Assembly: GCA_037446695.1 (NCBI GenBank)
Contig: JBBIHY010000001.1
Coordinates: forward strand, 134,376 to 198,375
Origin: Bacteroidota bacterium
GTDB lineage: Bacteria > Bacteroidota > Bacteroidia > Bacteroidales > PUMT01
Direction of reading: 5' to 3'
DNA: 64,000 bases
The translations under genes were made by a program, and so were the position numbers. A model generated the notes under the pieces. The model searched no databases and was not told the origin of the DNA. It worked only from the letters and a program-made list of their open reading frames with translations. Shown here one piece after another: positions 47,421 through 56,835 of this stretch; within the stretch, counting starts at the first letter, position 1, and each line of letters opens with the position of its first letter.

Positions 47421-48647
47421 TCAAAATGCAGCCATGAGCAGGTCAATATCCTTTGAAGGGATTCCAAAATGTTTTCCCACAGCAGGGTTGGTAAGCAGGC
47501 CATTGTAAATGTAAACCCCTTTCCTTATACCAATATCTTCCATTAGCAGGTTACGCAGGCTGCCAGCCTCACTCATCATGATTAACAGGGGTGAAAACAC
47601 ATTGCTCAGAGCAATGGATGCAGTTCTTGATACCCTGGATGGAATATTGGGCACACAATAATGTATTACACCATGCTTGATAAATACAGGATTTTTATGG
47701 TTCCGGGGCTCCGAAGTTTCTATGCAACCTCCCTGGTCAATACTCACGTCAATAATGACCGATCCGGGTTTCATCTGCATGACCATTTGCTCAGTAATAT
47801 AGTAGGGTTCCATTTTCTGATTGTGGTGAATGGCTCCAATCAGAACATCGGCACTTTTGAGTGCCTTTACAATTACCTGCGGATGAAAAATGGAAGTATA
47901 AAGCTTTTGCCCCAGGCTGTTCTGAAGTCTTCTGAGCCGGTCCACTGAATTGTCAAAAACCTTTACAAAAGCGCCAAGACCAATGGCTGCTCTTGCAGCA
48001 GATTCGGCCACCGTGCCGGCTCCCAGTATGACCACTTCGGTGGGGGTAATGCCGGGAATTCCGCCAAGCATTACGCCTTTTCCGTCGTTCTGGTTGGACA
48101 GGTATTCTGCAGCAATAAGAATGGATGTGCTGCCGGCAATCTCACTCATGGATCGAACTACCGGGTAATAATTTTCCTTGTTTCGGAGGTGTTCAAAGGC
48201 AATGGCAGTCATCTTCTTTGCCATCAGGTTTCTTATATAATTTTCTGACTGGTTGGGCAGATGCAATGCCGAGATGACTATCTGATTTCCTTTAAGCTGT
48301 TCAATTTCACTCAGGGTGGGAGGGGATATTTTCAGAATGATATCGCTTTTATTAAAAATTTCGGCATGTTCATCCACGATAAAACCACCACACTCACTGT
48401 AATCAGTGTCCTTATAGTTTGCACCTTTCCCGGCAAGTGTCTCTATTAGCAACTGATGTCCTTTGTTAACCAATAGCTCAACGGCCTCGGGAGTCAATCC
48501 AACCCTCGATTCGCTTTCAGAGAGTTCCCGGGGAATTCCAATAACCAGTTGCCTCGACTGCTTTTTTCTCTCCAGGGTTTCTTCCTGCGGCATTAAGCTG
48601 CCTTTACCAAATGGAAAGGCAGATGATGGATTTTTTTCAGTAGCCAT
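47421..48647 (-). CDS. ald: Alanine dehydrogenase (Bacteroidota long form)
   Basis: IGIPRE...RVGLTP, MSEIAG, ILGAGTV, IDVSIDQGGC, HYCVPNIP. Confidence 0.85.
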   Translation of the reverse strand: MATEKNPSSAFPFGKGSLMPQEETLERKKQSRQLVIGIPRELSESESRVGLTPEAVELLVNKGHQLLIETLAGKGANYKDTDYSECGGFIVDEHAEIFNKSDIILKISPPTLSEIEQLKGNQIVISALHLPNQSENYIRNLMAKKMTAIAFEHLRNKENYYPVVRSMSEIAGSTSILIAAEYLSNQNDGKGVMLGGIPGITPTEVVILGAGTVAESAARAAIGLGAFVKVFDNSVDRLRRLQNSLGQKLYTSIFHPQVIVKALKSADVLIGAIHHNQKMEPYYITEQMVMQMKPGSVIIDVSIDQGGCIETSEPRNHKNPVFIKHGVIHYCVPNIPSRVSRTASIALSNVFSPLLIMMSEAGSLRNLLMEDIGIRKGVYIYNGLLTNPAVGKHFGIPSKDIDLLMAAF

Positions 48648-48710
48648 GGCATTATATGTTTTTTGGCTCAAAGGAAGACAAGTTAGTCAATTTGGTGGAA
48701 TCTTCAAATT

Positions 48711-49151
48711 TTATTTTTTGTTCGAGAAAGCGGTGCGCCCGATTGAAATCTCCCTTTCTCCTCCCGGAAGTTCCTGTATATAAATGCGCAAAACATTATC
48801 CGTAAGCAATTCCTCCACCTTTTCAGGCCATTCGATAAAACAAATATTCCCGGAATAAAAGAAATCTTCATATCCAATATCGAAGGCTTCCCAGATGGAA
48901 TTTATCCTGTAGAAATCAAAATGGTAAATGACTCCTCCCCTGGTGGTGAAATATTCATTCACCAGGGCAAAGGTTGGGCTGTTGACAATATCGGGTACTC
49001 CCATCTGGCGACATATTTCCTTTATCATGGTTGTTTTGCCAGCACCCAGGTTGCCGTATACACCTATAATAGTATGATCTTTTAAATGGGATATGATCTC
49101 CGCTGCTGCAAGTGGTAATTCGGAAAGAGAATGTACAATGATTTTTTGCAT
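48711..49151 (-). CDS. tsaE: tRNA threonylcarbamoyladenosine biosynthesis ATPase
   Basis: GNLGAGKTT, SPTFALVNEY, YHFDFYR, IEWPE. Confidence 0.95.
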   Translation of the reverse strand: MQKIIVHSLSELPLAAAEIISHLKDHTIIGVYGNLGAGKTTMIKEICRQMGVPDIVNSPTFALVNEYFTTRGGVIYHFDFYRINSIWEAFDIGYEDFFYSGNICFIEWPEKVEELLTDNVLRIYIQELPGGEREISIGRTAFSNKK

Positions 49152-49162
49152 CCGGGATTCAG

Positions 49163-50722
49163 TTAAACATTTTTTGGAACAAGAAATGCCAGCGGAACAA
49201 GCATTTCTTCCAGTGATACTCCTCCATGCTGCAATGTGTTTCTGTAATAATTTACAAAATGGTTATAATTATTGGGATAGGCAAAGAAGTCATCCCTGGT
49301 GGCAAAAATATATGTGGAACTCACATTGGATTTGGGTAAAAAGGCTTTATCGGGGTCTTTGATTTCAAATACTTCTTTTGGATTGTAATCCATGTTTTTT
49401 CCCTGTTTGTATCGCAGGTTGGTTGTAATATTTCTGTCTCCAATCACTTTAACCGGGTTTTGTACTCTCACTGATCCGTGATCTGCAGTAATAACAACCG
49501 TCAGGTTTCTGTCAGCAAGCTGCCTGAGCAAATCACGCAGGTACGAATGTCTGAACCAGGCCAAAGTTAGTGTACGGTAGGCCGCTTCATCATCTGAAAG
49601 CTCTTTAACAACTTCCATTTCCGTTCGGGCATGAGATAACAAATCCACAAAGTTGTATATCAGAACCGTGAGTTGCTGATTGATCAGTGATGAAATACTA
49701 TCGGTAAGCTTTTTACCGCTTTTTATTGTTGTAATTTTTTCGAAGTAATAAGGCATTTTTGTTCCCAGCCGCTTTAAATGGATTTGCAGAAGTTCATCTT
49801 CATGAAGATTTTTTCCTCCTTCCTCTTCTTCACCAATCCAAAGGTGGGGGTAAAGTTTTTCTATTTCACCTGGCAACATGCCTGAAAAAACGGCATTTCG
49901 TGCAAACTGTGTGGCCGTTGGCAATATGCTGCAATAAAGTTCCTCTCTTTCCAAATTGTAATAGGGTAGTATTTCCGGTAAAATCATCTTCCACTGGTCA
50001 AACCTTAAATTATCGATAAGAATAAAAACAACTTTTTTACCGGCAGCCAGCAGTGGCCTTATCCTGTCTTTAATCAGAACATGTGACATAAGAGGCTTTT
50101 CATCCCCTCTTATGTTAAGCCAGTTCAAATAATTGGCTTTTACAAATTTGGAAAATTCACTGTTTGCTTCTGTTTTTTGAAGTTGAAATACTTCTTTCAG
50201 GCCTTCATCATCAATTTGCTCCACTTCCAGATCCCAAAATGTGATCTTTCTGTATATTTCAGTCCAGGCTTCAAATGTTTTTGCCTGGTTGATTTCAATT
50301 CCGATTTTTCCAAATTCTGACTGGTAATCGGATGTAATTTTTTTAGATACAAGTCGCTCCTGGTCTGTAATTTTCTTAATTGCCAGAAGTATCTGATTTG
50401 GATTTAGAGGCTTTATCAGGTAGTTGGCAATCTTTGAAGCAATTGCCTCTTCCATGATTTCTTCTTCCTCACTTTTTGTAATCATAATCACGGGAAGGGA
50501 GAAAGATATCTTTTTAATCTGTGAAAGGGTCTCCAGTCCACTTAACCCGGGCATATTCTGGTCAAGCAAAACCAAATCGTAATAATCTTCCTTTATGAGT
50601 TGAAGTGCATCGTGGCCGTTGGTAGATGTTTTCACCTGGTACCCTTTGCCCTCGAGAAAAATAATATGAGGTCTTAGTAAATCAATTTCGTCGTCAACCC
50701 AAAGAAGTGAAATCTTTTTCAC
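49163..50722 (-). CDS. porX: PorX response regulator with PglZ/alkaline-phosphatase domain
   Basis: WVDDEIDLL receiver, IDNLRFDQW, LPTATQFARN, TADHG, QHGGVS; conserved porX-tsaE linkage. Confidence 0.92.
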   Translation of the reverse strand: MKKISLLWVDDEIDLLRPHIIFLEGKGYQVKTSTNGHDALQLIKEDYYDLVLLDQNMPGLSGLETLSQIKKISFSLPVIMITKSEEEEIMEEAIASKIANYLIKPLNPNQILLAIKKITDQERLVSKKITSDYQSEFGKIGIEINQAKTFEAWTEIYRKITFWDLEVEQIDDEGLKEVFQLQKTEANSEFSKFVKANYLNWLNIRGDEKPLMSHVLIKDRIRPLLAAGKKVVFILIDNLRFDQWKMILPEILPYYNLEREELYCSILPTATQFARNAVFSGMLPGEIEKLYPHLWIGEEEEGGKNLHEDELLQIHLKRLGTKMPYYFEKITTIKSGKKLTDSISSLINQQLTVLIYNFVDLLSHARTEMEVVKELSDDEAAYRTLTLAWFRHSYLRDLLRQLADRNLTVVITADHGSVRVQNPVKVIGDRNITTNLRYKQGKNMDYNPKEVFEIKDPDKAFLPKSNVSSTYIFATRDDFFAYPNNYNHFVNYYRNTLQHGGVSLEEMLVPLAFLVPKNV

Positions 50723-50809
50723 GCTAATAGTTTTTGAGGATGTAAAAATAATGAGTAGGGGCTAATTCCTGAAATGGCCAGGGGAATAAATGTTCATCAA
50801 CCAACAGGG

Positions 50810-53470
50810 TTAATTCTTAAGTATTTGCGATTCAAAGAATCTCAAATATTTTTCAAAAGATTTGTCCTTTTGCATTACTGTTAGATTGTTTTCTGATATA
50901 AAGAACAAGCGGAATGTACCTTCAGGAATATCCTTTCTGATTTCCGGGTTGGTAATAGCCGCCACGTAATAATCCGATGCCCTTTTGAGGTCGGAGAATT
51001 CAACAATCTTCAGCAATTTTTCTTCAGCCGTAAAATCCTCAGTGGTTATCTGCAGATTTAGTCTGTTGAAATAATCAATATTAAAATTGATCAAATTGAA
51101 AACCAACTGATTGATTACAGCCTGATCATTTATCACTGCAAAAACAACAAAATGTTTTCCTGTTCTGGTTTCGGAATACATTTCCCTGGCTTTTTCTGCC
51201 ATAAGCTGTTGTGCTATATAAGGCCTATCCAAGTCAAGCATGGTGAGCAATTCTTTTGAACTTTCCTGCACTGCTGTGCCCGGAAACTTTTCAATGATTT
51301 CGCTCAGCTGCAGTCTGAATTTCGTTGCATCGCCCAGTTGATTAATTGAAATAGCTCTTATCAGCATGAATTGAGGTATCTGTGTGGCTTGCGGAAATGA
51401 TTGAATTGCATAATCGGCATTTCTCAACACTTCAGCAAAGCGGTTATTCTGGTAAAGGGCAAATGTCTCCTGGTACAGGCGTTCAATACTATCTTCCTGT
51501 TCCTGCAGTTCCCTGAAATAATTAGGATTAGAAAGGATGCCGGCAAATTGGGTATTGGGGTATCTTTGCACAACCTGGTTTTTATAGTATTCCGCCCTGG
51601 AAAAATTGCCTGTCAACAGGTTTAATTCATGCAGGTCATACAGTGCTTCAGCCATCCTTTCGTGATAAGGGTACCTTCTGTTCAGTTCCTCATAGGACCA
51701 AACAGCTTCCTTCGGGTCAGTTATATCATTTTTGAATATTTTACCCATGTTGAAGAGAGCCTCCTCTATTCTTTTGTGGGATTTTTCGAGCTGTTCGGGA
51801 GTAAGAGGAATATTGCGTATGTAATATTCGCGTGAGGTTGGACTTCCAGCATCTTCTGCAGTTGCAGCATCTTCCTTAGTGGAAGCAACCCCCAAATCGA
51901 TGGTCTGATCCTGCATCATTATTAGTCTGTTGCTTCTTCTCCAATTATCCTCAAGGCGTCGCTTTCCCCACAGGGCTTCAAATTCATTGATTCCAAAATT
52001 CACGGTTGCCTGGTTGTAGAAATACCAAAGGCTTGTTTCCTGCCTGCCTGCCTGCATCTGGCTCACAGGGGCAGTTCGCATATACTTTTCCTGTTGTTCC
52101 CTTCTTTGTAACATTTCTGCATTCCGGGCTTCATCTTCTGCCTGCCTGATCTGTGCAATGATTTTGTCGATTACCTGGTTTCTCTCATTTTCATTCATCG
52201 TGGCAAGAACCTGAACACTGTCTTCCAGTTTAAAGACCCTTATGTTCCCGGCGAGGTTTCCCAGGTTTTTTGATTTGTAAATGATACTCTCATAACCCGG
52301 ATAGTCTGGCCTGATTAGGGCAGCTGCCTTTTCAAAATGCTCCGAAGCCTTCACATAATCGGGTTTTTTGAGAGCTATTTCAGCAAGGGTGAGGCTGGTG
52401 ACCACTTTCTGGGGAGAATTGGGGTTGCCCGTTTCCGATGACCTCTGGAAATAATCCATAGCCTTCATTTCCTCTCCGGATCTAAGGGCAATATTACCAA
52501 GGGCAAAATATATCTGGTCCTCAAATTCCCTGTTCTTTTCATCCCTTAGCATTTTGTTAAGACTGGCCTCTGTTCTCTCGTCACCTGAAATGCCCGATCC
52601 TCCCATAAGAGCCATATTGATTTGTGCATTAAATACCATTTCGTAAGGGGGGCTCATTTTTAATACCCTGCCAAAGTATTCTGCTGCCTTTGACTCATTG
52701 CCCGATTGGCCGTACAACTGGGCAATAAGGTAAGTAAATCTCGCGTTGGCACTTTTGTCTTTTGTATTGTCAAGTGATGTGAGAAGGTAGGGTAATGCGG
52801 CGGCGTTTTCGTTCTGCTTTAGATAATAATTAGCGAGCGTGGCATTCAATTCTCCTTTCAAACTTTCCGGGAAGCCCTTTTCACTTGTCATTTTATCGAG
52901 GATTAATTTGGCGTCCCTGTATCTTCCGGTCTCCAGGAAAGCCCGGGCAAGCCAAATTTGAGTGGGCCATATGACAGGATTCTCGGGGTATTCATTCAGC
53001 ATGAACTGAAATGTTTTGATGGCTGAAGGGAAATCGTGTTTGTAAAAATGCGCTTTACCCATCAGGAGGTAACTTTCAATTACCCACTTGTTGTATTCCC
53101 TGCGGTTGAAAAAATCTGTTTCTTTCTGAGACAGTTGCCTTTTGGGCCTATCGGGTTTGGCTGTGATAGATTTGGTGGTAATTATTTTGGAAGCCTTGGC
53201 TATCGCCCTGTCCATATCGGCAGAGATTGTTTTCGCCAGCCCGGGATTTGGATGGATAAAAACCGGCAGTAACCTGGTATAATCATATTCAAACTCCCTG
53301 TTTATTCTTTCTGTTCCTCTATTGAAGCTTTCTTTCCCGTTAAAATAGGTGTTATATCTTGAGGTTAGCTGATGGTACGACCTGGATAAAAGAGTATTCT
53401 TCCTGGTGGAGCATCCTGAAATTCCAGCCAGGAGAATGAGCAAAATTATGAGGTTAAGTGATTGTCTCAA
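50810..53470 (-). CDS. sprE: TPR lipoprotein SprE/PorW (type IX secretion)
   Basis: Lipobox ISGC, CSTRKN..SRSYHQLTSRYNTYFNG, WYFYN, WGKRRLEDNWRRS. Confidence 0.8.
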   Translation of the reverse strand: MRQSLNLIILLILLAGISGCSTRKNTLLSRSYHQLTSRYNTYFNGKESFNRGTERINREFEYDYTRLLPVFIHPNPGLAKTISADMDRAIAKASKIITTKSITAKPDRPKRQLSQKETDFFNRREYNKWVIESYLLMGKAHFYKHDFPSAIKTFQFMLNEYPENPVIWPTQIWLARAFLETGRYRDAKLILDKMTSEKGFPESLKGELNATLANYYLKQNENAAALPYLLTSLDNTKDKSANARFTYLIAQLYGQSGNESKAAEYFGRVLKMSPPYEMVFNAQINMALMGGSGISGDERTEASLNKMLRDEKNREFEDQIYFALGNIALRSGEEMKAMDYFQRSSETGNPNSPQKVVTSLTLAEIALKKPDYVKASEHFEKAAALIRPDYPGYESIIYKSKNLGNLAGNIRVFKLEDSVQVLATMNENERNQVIDKIIAQIRQAEDEARNAEMLQRREQQEKYMRTAPVSQMQAGRQETSLWYFYNQATVNFGINEFEALWGKRRLEDNWRRSNRLIMMQDQTIDLGVASTKEDAATAEDAGSPTSREYYIRNIPLTPEQLEKSHKRIEEALFNMGKIFKNDITDPKEAVWSYEELNRRYPYHERMAEALYDLHELNLLTGNFSRAEYYKNQVVQRYPNTQFAGILSNPNYFRELQEQEDSIERLYQETFALYQNNRFAEVLRNADYAIQSFPQATQIPQFMLIRAISINQLGDATKFRLQLSEIIEKFPGTAVQESSKELLTMLDLDRPYIAQQLMAEKAREMYSETRTGKHFVVFAVINDQAVINQLVFNLINFNIDYFNRLNLQITTEDFTAEEKLLKIVEFSDLKRASDYYVAAITNPEIRKDIPEGTFRLFFISENNLTVMQKDKSFEKYLRFFESQILKN

Positions 53471-53626
53471 GTACCAGGATTTTTTATAATAACTGTTATT
53501 TGGCCAACATATTTTATTACAAAGAAAATACTACAGGTGGAGATTTAAAAATGGAAATTAAAATATCGTGAAATAAAAAGAACTGTCAAAAAGCTGTTTT
53601 TTATCTGTAAATAATATTTTGATTAA

Positions 53627-53713
53627 GGCCGGATGCCTGCCTGCCGGCTGGCAGGGAACTCCATGTTTGCTATTTTCATTGGAGTTTGTGTTTATTCGCA
53701 AAAGTGTTCGTTT
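53627..53713 (-). repeat. Degenerate ATGAAACACCC repeat copy with a nested 20-bp palindrome (53636-53655)
   Basis: GGATG[CCTGCCTGCCGGCTGGCAGG]GAACTCCATG; same insertion point as in the 59234 copy. Confidence 0.65.
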
Positions 53714-53720
53714 CCAAAAT

Positions 53721-53747
53721 AAAAAAAAAGCCCTGGATTGCAGGGCT
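53721..53747 (-). terminator. Intrinsic terminator after the nfuA-like gene
   Basis: AGCCCTG-caatc-CAGGGCT followed by T8 on the minus strand. Confidence 0.75.
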
Positions 53748-53774
53748 AAAAAACAGGGTGTAAAAGACAGTCTT

Positions 53775-54011
53775 CTACACAGCAACCACTTCGGTAATTT
53801 CGGGAATATTTCTTCTGACGGCCTGCTCAACACCTGCTTTCAGGGTTTGAATGCTAAAGGGACAATGACCACAGGCCCCCAGGAGTTTTACTTTTAAAAT
53901 TAAATCATCGGTGAGTTCAACAACCGAGATATCGCCACCATCAGCCTGCAAATATGGCCTTACCATTTCCAGTGTTTCATTGACTCGGGTCAGCAGTTCT
54001 TCTTTTTTCAT
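53775..54011 (-). CDS. nfuA: NifU-C / NfuA-like Fe-S carrier
   Basis: VRPYLQADGGD, GACGHCP, TLKAGVE. Confidence 0.9.
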   Translation of the reverse strand: MKKEELLTRVNETLEMVRPYLQADGGDISVVELTDDLILKVKLLGACGHCPFSIQTLKAGVEQAVRRNIPEITEVVAV

Positions 54012-54143
54012 CTGTACAAAATATTTATGTTATTAATTACTAATATGTTACTAACTAACTTTAAATTAGCGTTCTTAAGCGGATGGAACACCCATAGTTT
54101 GTTCATCCGTTTTTGTGCTTGGGTACTGTCATGGGTGTTTCAT
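54006..54143 (-). repeat. Dispersed ATGAAACACCC repeat copy abutting the nfuA start codon
   Basis: ATGAAA at both ends 132 bp apart; the second ATG is the nfuA start. Confidence 0.85.
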
Positions 54144-54163
54144 AGTATTTGCTAATTAAGGTA

Positions 54164-55258
54164 TTATATGTTGATTTCGACTTTTTTTGTAGGGTCAATG
54201 GTTTTGTTTCTGAATTCGACCTGTTGGAGGAAATTGTCTGCCAGGTCAGAAAAAGTTTTTTCAAGAGGGGAACCATTCATTGCAACTGGTACACCACTGT
54301 CTCCTCCTTCACAAATGCTCTGTACAATTGGTATTTCACCAAGCAAGGGTACATTCATATTTTTTGCCAGGTTCTTGCATCCATCTCTGCCAAAGATATA
54401 GTACTTGTTTTCGGGAAGTTCGGCAGGTGTAAACCAGGCCATATTTTCCACAACACCAAGCACAGGTACATTAATAGCCTTTCCCCTGAACATATTAATT
54501 CCTTTAGTGGTGTCAACAAGTGCAATTTGTTGCGGGGTGCTAACAATTACTGCACCCGTAACCGGAGTTTCCTGTACCAGCGTTAGGTGAATATCGCTTG
54601 TGCCCGGAGGGAGATCGAATAAAAGGAAATCCAGCTCGCCCCAGTCTCCGTCGTGAATAAGCTGCCTGAGCGCATTTGTGGCCATTGGTCCGCGCCATAC
54701 TAAAGCATCTTCAGGATTCACAAATAACCCTATGGAAAGAAACTTAATACCATATTTTTCAACTGGCCGGATCCAAGTTTTTCCGTTCTCTTCTCTAACT
54801 GTTGGTTTTTCCTGCTCACAATGCAGCATTTTGGGTATGGAAGGACCGAAAATATCGGCATCAATCAAACCAATCCTTAGCTTTTTCTGGGCAAGGGCAA
54901 CGGCAAGATTCACCGTAATCGTTGATTTGCCAACCCCGCCTTTACCAGAAGCCACAGCAACGATGTTTTTTACTCCGGGTAAAACCTGTACGGATTCTTT
55001 TTTTTCAGGAATCAATGATTCAGTCTGAATTTCAACCTTCAATTCCCGGCTGAGAGAAGATTTTAATGCCTGGACACAGGCTCTCTGGATAGATCGGGCA
55101 AACGGATCCTTTTGCCTGGGAAACCCTAGATGAAGAACCACCTTAAGCCCCTGTACCTGAACATTACGAACAATTCCCAGTTCAACTATATCCTTGCCTG
55201 TGCCGGGATGCTTGAGCTGCTTCAGTGCACGAATAACCTGTGCCTGTGAAAAAGACAT
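54164..55258 (-). CDS. mrp: Mrp/ApbC/NBP35 Fe-S carrier ATPase
   Basis: SGKGGVGKS, DADIFGPS, WRGPM, DLPPGTSD, ENM. Confidence 0.93.
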   Translation of the reverse strand: MSFSQAQVIRALKQLKHPGTGKDIVELGIVRNVQVQGLKVVLHLGFPRQKDPFARSIQRACVQALKSSLSRELKVEIQTESLIPEKKESVQVLPGVKNIVAVASGKGGVGKSTITVNLAVALAQKKLRIGLIDADIFGPSIPKMLHCEQEKPTVREENGKTWIRPVEKYGIKFLSIGLFVNPEDALVWRGPMATNALRQLIHDGDWGELDFLLFDLPPGTSDIHLTLVQETPVTGAVIVSTPQQIALVDTTKGINMFRGKAINVPVLGVVENMAWFTPAELPENKYYIFGRDGCKNLAKNMNVPLLGEIPIVQSICEGGDSGVPVAMNGSPLEKTFSDLADNFLQQVEFRNKTIDPTKKVEINI

Positions 55259-55307
55259 AAGTTTATTTGATTTAAATCCAGATTACAAAGATAATATTTT
55301 CCGGTAC

Positions 55308-55652
55308 TCATTTTCTCAATTCTTTTGATGGGTCCCAGAAAATACTGGTAAAATTCTGCACACAATCCTCCCTGACTGTAACTCCTTCATTCTCGAGTAG
55401 TTGTTGCATTAACCCGGGAGTTCCAAAATGGTGTTTGCCTGTCAGCAGGCCGTTTCGGTTTACCACCCTTTGTGCCGGGATGAACTCACCTGACTTATGT
55501 GAATTGTTCATTGCCCATCCTACCACTCTTGCTGATTTTCCTGTGCCCAGAAATTTTGCGATTGCACCGTAACTGGTTACCCTGCCAGGAGGAATTTGCC
55601 TGACAACCGCATATACCTTATTGAAAAAGCTATCATGCATAAGATGGGACAT
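55308..55652 (-). CDS. Alkyltransferase-like (ATL, MGMT family) DNA-binding protein
   Basis: IPPGRVTSYGAIA, ARVVGWAM, PAQRVV (no catalytic Cys), LLENEG. Confidence 0.88.
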   Translation of the reverse strand: MSHLMHDSFFNKVYAVVRQIPPGRVTSYGAIAKFLGTGKSARVVGWAMNNSHKSGEFIPAQRVVNRNGLLTGKHHFGTPGLMQQLLENEGVTVREDCVQNFTSIFWDPSKELRK

Positions 55653-56328
55653 CTATGATTTCTTTTTCGGTTAACCGGAAGCGGATGTATGTAATTGGTT
55701 TCCCCTGCGCCAGAAACTGCCTTTCGTAGAAAGTATTAATCGACAGGAATTCCTCTTTCAATGGTTTACCGTAGAGATCTGCTGTGTGCATTAATACCTC
55801 ACAAGCATTGTATTGCAGGGTTTCAAGTGTGTAATCAAACAATTCCCTGCTGTCAGTTTTAAGATGGATAACCCCTTTGGGTTGGAGGAAGTTCCGGTAG
55901 CGATTAAGGAACAGGGGGGATGTTAATCGTTTCCTGGCTTTTTTTGGATGCGGATCGGGAAATGTAATCCAAATCTCACTTACCTCATTTCTGGCAAAGA
56001 ATGACTCAGAAAGGTCAATTCGGGTTCTCAAAAAGCCTGCATTGGAAATCCTTTCCTCAGCAACCTGCTTAGCTCCTTTCCAAATGCGGGCTCCTTTTAT
56101 ATCAATGCCTATGAAATTGCGGCCTGGAAAATGTCTTGCCAGCCCTGTTGTATATTCACCTTTTCCGCAGCCCAGTTCAAGCACAATGGGATTGGAATTA
56201 TTAAAAAAAACTTCGCCCCATTTTCCCTTCAGGGAAAAATTTTTCTGAAATACCTGGTGAAAATCAGGCTGTATTACGCGGGGATGAGACTTTAACTCAT
56301 TAAAACGGCTGAGTTTCTTCTTGGCCAA
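55633..56328 (-). CDS. trmB: tRNA (guanine-N7)-methyltransferase
   Basis: LELGCGKGEY, FPDP, HLKTD, TFYE. Confidence 0.95.
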   Translation of the reverse strand: MAKKKLSRFNELKSHPRVIQPDFHQVFQKNFSLKGKWGEVFFNNSNPIVLELGCGKGEYTTGLARHFPGRNFIGIDIKGARIWKGAKQVAEERISNAGFLRTRIDLSESFFARNEVSEIWITFPDPHPKKARKRLTSPLFLNRYRNFLQPKGVIHLKTDSRELFDYTLETLQYNACEVLMHTADLYGKPLKEEFLSINTFYERQFLAQGKPITYIRFRLTEKEIIDVPSYA

Positions 56329-56343
56329 AATGCAGGAGGTTTG

Positions 56344-56832
56344 TCATTCAATTTTTTCAATTCTTAATCCAACATCCGAAATACCAGGCAATTTTTCGAG
56401 GCGCATAGCCTGTTCCAGATGAAAATTATAAATTCCACCAACAGGGAATCTTACATTGGTTTTGTACCTGAACCTGTTGGACCAGACATTCCCGAATCCT
56501 TTTCCCAGCCATTTGCCGGAGGGCCCGGCAAGAAAGCACTGAACGGTATCCCTGTTATGCAATCCGTCAGGGGAGGTAATGGTGACAAAAAGAAATAGAT
56601 TGCTCAGCGGATAGTCATTCTGGTTCCTGATATTGATATAAATATTGTGAGGTTGAAGTGTATCGGTTATTTCAACCGGGAACTCCAGGATTTGCTCCCT
56701 GCTCCAGGTTGCAGATGGAATTCTCTTATTTTTCTCAAAAACAAAACTACTGTCGCAGCCCCCAAGAATAACCGAAAACAACACTGCAAGTAAAGGAATT
56801 TGATTAGACAGTTTTGTAAAAATAACCCTCAT
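56344..56832 (-). CDS. gldH: Gliding-motility lipoprotein GldH
   Basis: Lipobox LGGC, YPLSNLFL, GKWLGKGFG, EQAMR, DVGLRIE; conserved holB-PSP1-gldH order. Confidence 0.88.
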   Translation of the reverse strand: MRVIFTKLSNQIPLLAVLFSVILGGCDSSFVFEKNKRIPSATWSREQILEFPVEITDTLQPHNIYINIRNQNDYPLSNLFLFVTITSPDGLHNRDTVQCFLAGPSGKWLGKGFGNVWSNRFRYKTNVRFPVGGIYNFHLEQAMRLEKLPGISDVGLRIEKIE

Positions 56833-56835
56833 AAG

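Noticed and set aside
54129-54131. TGA aligned with Cys codons of sister repeats, as possible selenocysteine
   Set aside because: A single substitution in a non-coding repeat explains it; no SECIS or sel genes are visible.
54164-55258. Mrp lacking the C-terminal CxxC (ENMAWFTP)
   Set aside because: This is, to my knowledge, the usual Bacteroidota form.
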